Shown here piece after piece: positions 62,729 to 64,000 of a stretch of 64,000 bases of DNA (its first letter is position 1; each line of letters begins with the position of its first letter). The translations under genes and the position numbers were made by a program. Source of the stretch: Acidimicrobiia bacterium (GTDB lineage: Bacteria; Actinomycetota; Acidimicrobiia; IMCC26256; JAMXLJ01); contig JAMXLJ010000047.1 in the NCBI GenBank assembly GCA_024281095.1, forward strand, positions 9,093 to 73,092. The letters run 5' to 3'. The notes beneath the pieces are model-generated. The model did no database searches, was not told the DNA's origin, and saw nothing but the letters and a program-made list of their open reading frames with translations.

Positions 62729-63804
62729 GCGGCTCGCTCCTTCGACTCGTCACCCGACCACAGTTCGAGCGTCGACCGGAAGCTCAAGCCGATCGCCCTG
62801 ACGCTGACGAGCGCGGCCGCGGTCATCAACAGTCCCGTGAACGGATGGGAGAAGACGAACATCGCGCCGACTCCGGACCGGCTGACGCCGAACACCCCGG
62901 AGAAGATCAGGAGCCCCATCAACTCGTTGCTCCCGAGGTGGGCGGGTGGCGTGGGAAAGATGTACGCGAGGTTGTACAGCGTGTAGCCGTACAGGACGAC
63001 GGCGAGGCTGAGCGACGTGCCGACGGCCAGAAACGCGAGGTAGCAGAACAGCCCGTCGAGCGTCACCGCGACGCCGGTGTACGCCGCGCCGACGAGCAGC
63101 AGTCGCGGGTTGCGGAACAGCGTCAGCAGCGTGTCGACGAATTGCACTGCGAACGGCTCGACCCGGGTGGCCAAATGGCGCGGCAGCACGATGCGCACGA
63201 CGCGGGACACCAGACCCATGGCCCCCTCTTGCCGGCGGCCCGCCAGCGCGAGCACGAGACCGGCTGCCGCGAGCGCGAAAAGGGGAAAGAGGAGGAACAG
63301 CCACAGCGCACCGCTCAGGTGGAGCCCCGCGAACGGGACGATCAGCAGGAGCACGACAGCCGGAAGCAGGTCCAGCGACTTGTCCATGGTGATCGTCGCG
63401 AGCGAACGGCTGACCGGAATGCCGTTCGTACGGCGAAGGATCCCGCTCTTGGCCAGCTCGCCTCCCTGAACGGGCAACAGCCAATTCAGGAAGATCGCGA
63501 TGAAGTAGATCCCGACGGCACGCGTCGCGGGCAGCTCGTCGGGGCCGACGAACCGCCGCCACCGCAAGGCGCGGACCACGTACGCGCTCAGGAACACCAA
63601 CCCGCAGAGCAGCGCGAAGCCGACGTTCAGGTTCTCGACGCGGTTGAACACGGCTCGGACGCTGATCAGCTGGAGGAAGACGACGACGAACACTCCGCCG
63701 ACCACGAGGCCGGTCGCCATGCGCACGAACAGCTTCCGCACGTTCGTGGATTCACGAGCGGGGGGCGCAACGACTTCTTCGAGGTCGACGGTCTCGATGG
63801 TCAT
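62725..63804 (-). CDS. UPF0104 / lysyl-PG-synthase-TM-like flippase-like membrane protein
   Basis: 8 TM; YVVRALRWRRF, NWLLPVQGGELAKSGIL; ATGA overlaps at both ends. Confidence 0.85.
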   Translation of the reverse strand: MTIETVDLEEVVAPPARESTNVRKLFVRMATGLVVGGVFVVVFLQLISVRAVFNRVENLNVGFALLCGLVFLSAYVVRALRWRRFVGPDELPATRAVGIYFIAIFLNWLLPVQGGELAKSGILRRTNGIPVSRSLATITMDKSLDLLPAVVLLLIVPFAGLHLSGALWLFLLFPLFALAAAGLVLALAGRRQEGAMGLVSRVVRIVLPRHLATRVEPFAVQFVDTLLTLFRNPRLLLVGAAYTGVAVTLDGLFCYLAFLAVGTSLSLAVVLYGYTLYNLAYIFPTPPAHLGSNELMGLLIFSGVFGVSRSGVGAMFVFSHPFTGLLMTAAALVSVRAIGLSFRSTLELWSGDESKERAA

Positions 63805-64000
63805 GCCGGGAGGTAGCCGTGCTCGCGATACCAGGCGATGGTGTTCTTGATGCCGATGTCGAGGTCGGTCGACGCGACGAAGTCGAGGCTGCGCTCCGCC
63901 TTCGTGACGTCGTAGACGCGGCTGTGGGTGAGGAAGTCGAGCCGGCTGCTCGTCAGCGGCGCGCGGTGTCGCAGACGCCGGGGCAGCGCGTCGCCGAGCG
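63801..64000 (-). CDS. C-terminal end of a fourth NAD-dependent epimerase/dehydratase (5' part beyond the window)
   Basis: Own translation: ...LDFLTHSRVYDVTKAERSLDFVASTDLDIGIKNTIAWYREHGYLPA*, the typical C-terminus of this family. Confidence 0.75.
   Translation of the reverse strand, partial: LGDALPRRLRHRAPLTSSRLDFLTHSRVYDVTKAERSLDFVASTDLDIGIKNTIAWYREHGYLPA

Noticed and set aside
1-64000. CRISPR arrays, rRNA genes, transposases, integrases, phage genes, and restriction-modification or other named defence systems.
   Set aside because: I saw no regularly spaced direct repeats. No ORF has DDE/HUH/tyrosine-recombinase, Cas, methyltransferase-endonuclease or similar signatures. The only P-loop STAND-like protein carries a SARP DNA-binding/BTAD module and looks like a regulator.

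Overview
High-GC (about 70% by eye) chromosome segment, densely coding on both strands, with the gene order and small ribosomal proteins typical of Actinomycetota; I cannot place it more precisely. From 1 to 11.5 kb it carries the conserved housekeeping block: rplY(ctc)-prs-glmU-tRNA-Gln, bS22, ispE-rsmA-(cell-wall protein at the RpfB position)-tatD-metG, an AbrB-like gene, rsmI-DUF192-ychF-like, and bL37. From 11.5 to 50 kb there is mixed metabolism and regulation. This includes an Rrf2-headed string ending in the FetAB exporter, a TPR adenylate cyclase, an MBOAT/SGNH O-acylation pair, apgM, an MsrPQ-like pair, serC, MarR/MFS, a metB-like gene, a cobalt-type nitrile hydratase operon, a P450 and several oxidoreductases. 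The most unusual locus is 26.06-28.83 kb. An in-frame TGA followed by a hairpin joins two track ORFs into one UGSC/UxxCxxC-type selenoprotein. It sits between a thioredoxin-fold fusion protein with an unassignable 380-aa domain and a tandem NIPSNAP-like protein. From about 50.1 kb the character changes. There is a GC trough holding a truncated CorA remnant and decayed ORFs, then a SARP/AAA regulator, a 1188-aa fusion of a processive GT2 synthase with a GT-C (PMT_2-like) glycosyltransferase, and a GH5 glycosidase. A convergent, tightly coupled operon follows, with four 3beta-HSD/epimerase paralogues, an SDR, a UPF0104 flippase-like protein and a zinc-ribbon protein. Two tiny ribosomal protein genes (bS22, bL37), the truncated rplY and the tRNA are not visible as such in the ORF track. 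I found no CRISPR array, transposase, integrase or rRNA. The many long Arg/Ala/Pro-rich ORFs in the track are antisense or off-frame shadows typical of high-GC DNA. Hand-derived coordinates may be off by 1-2 nt; where possible they were checked against the track frames.
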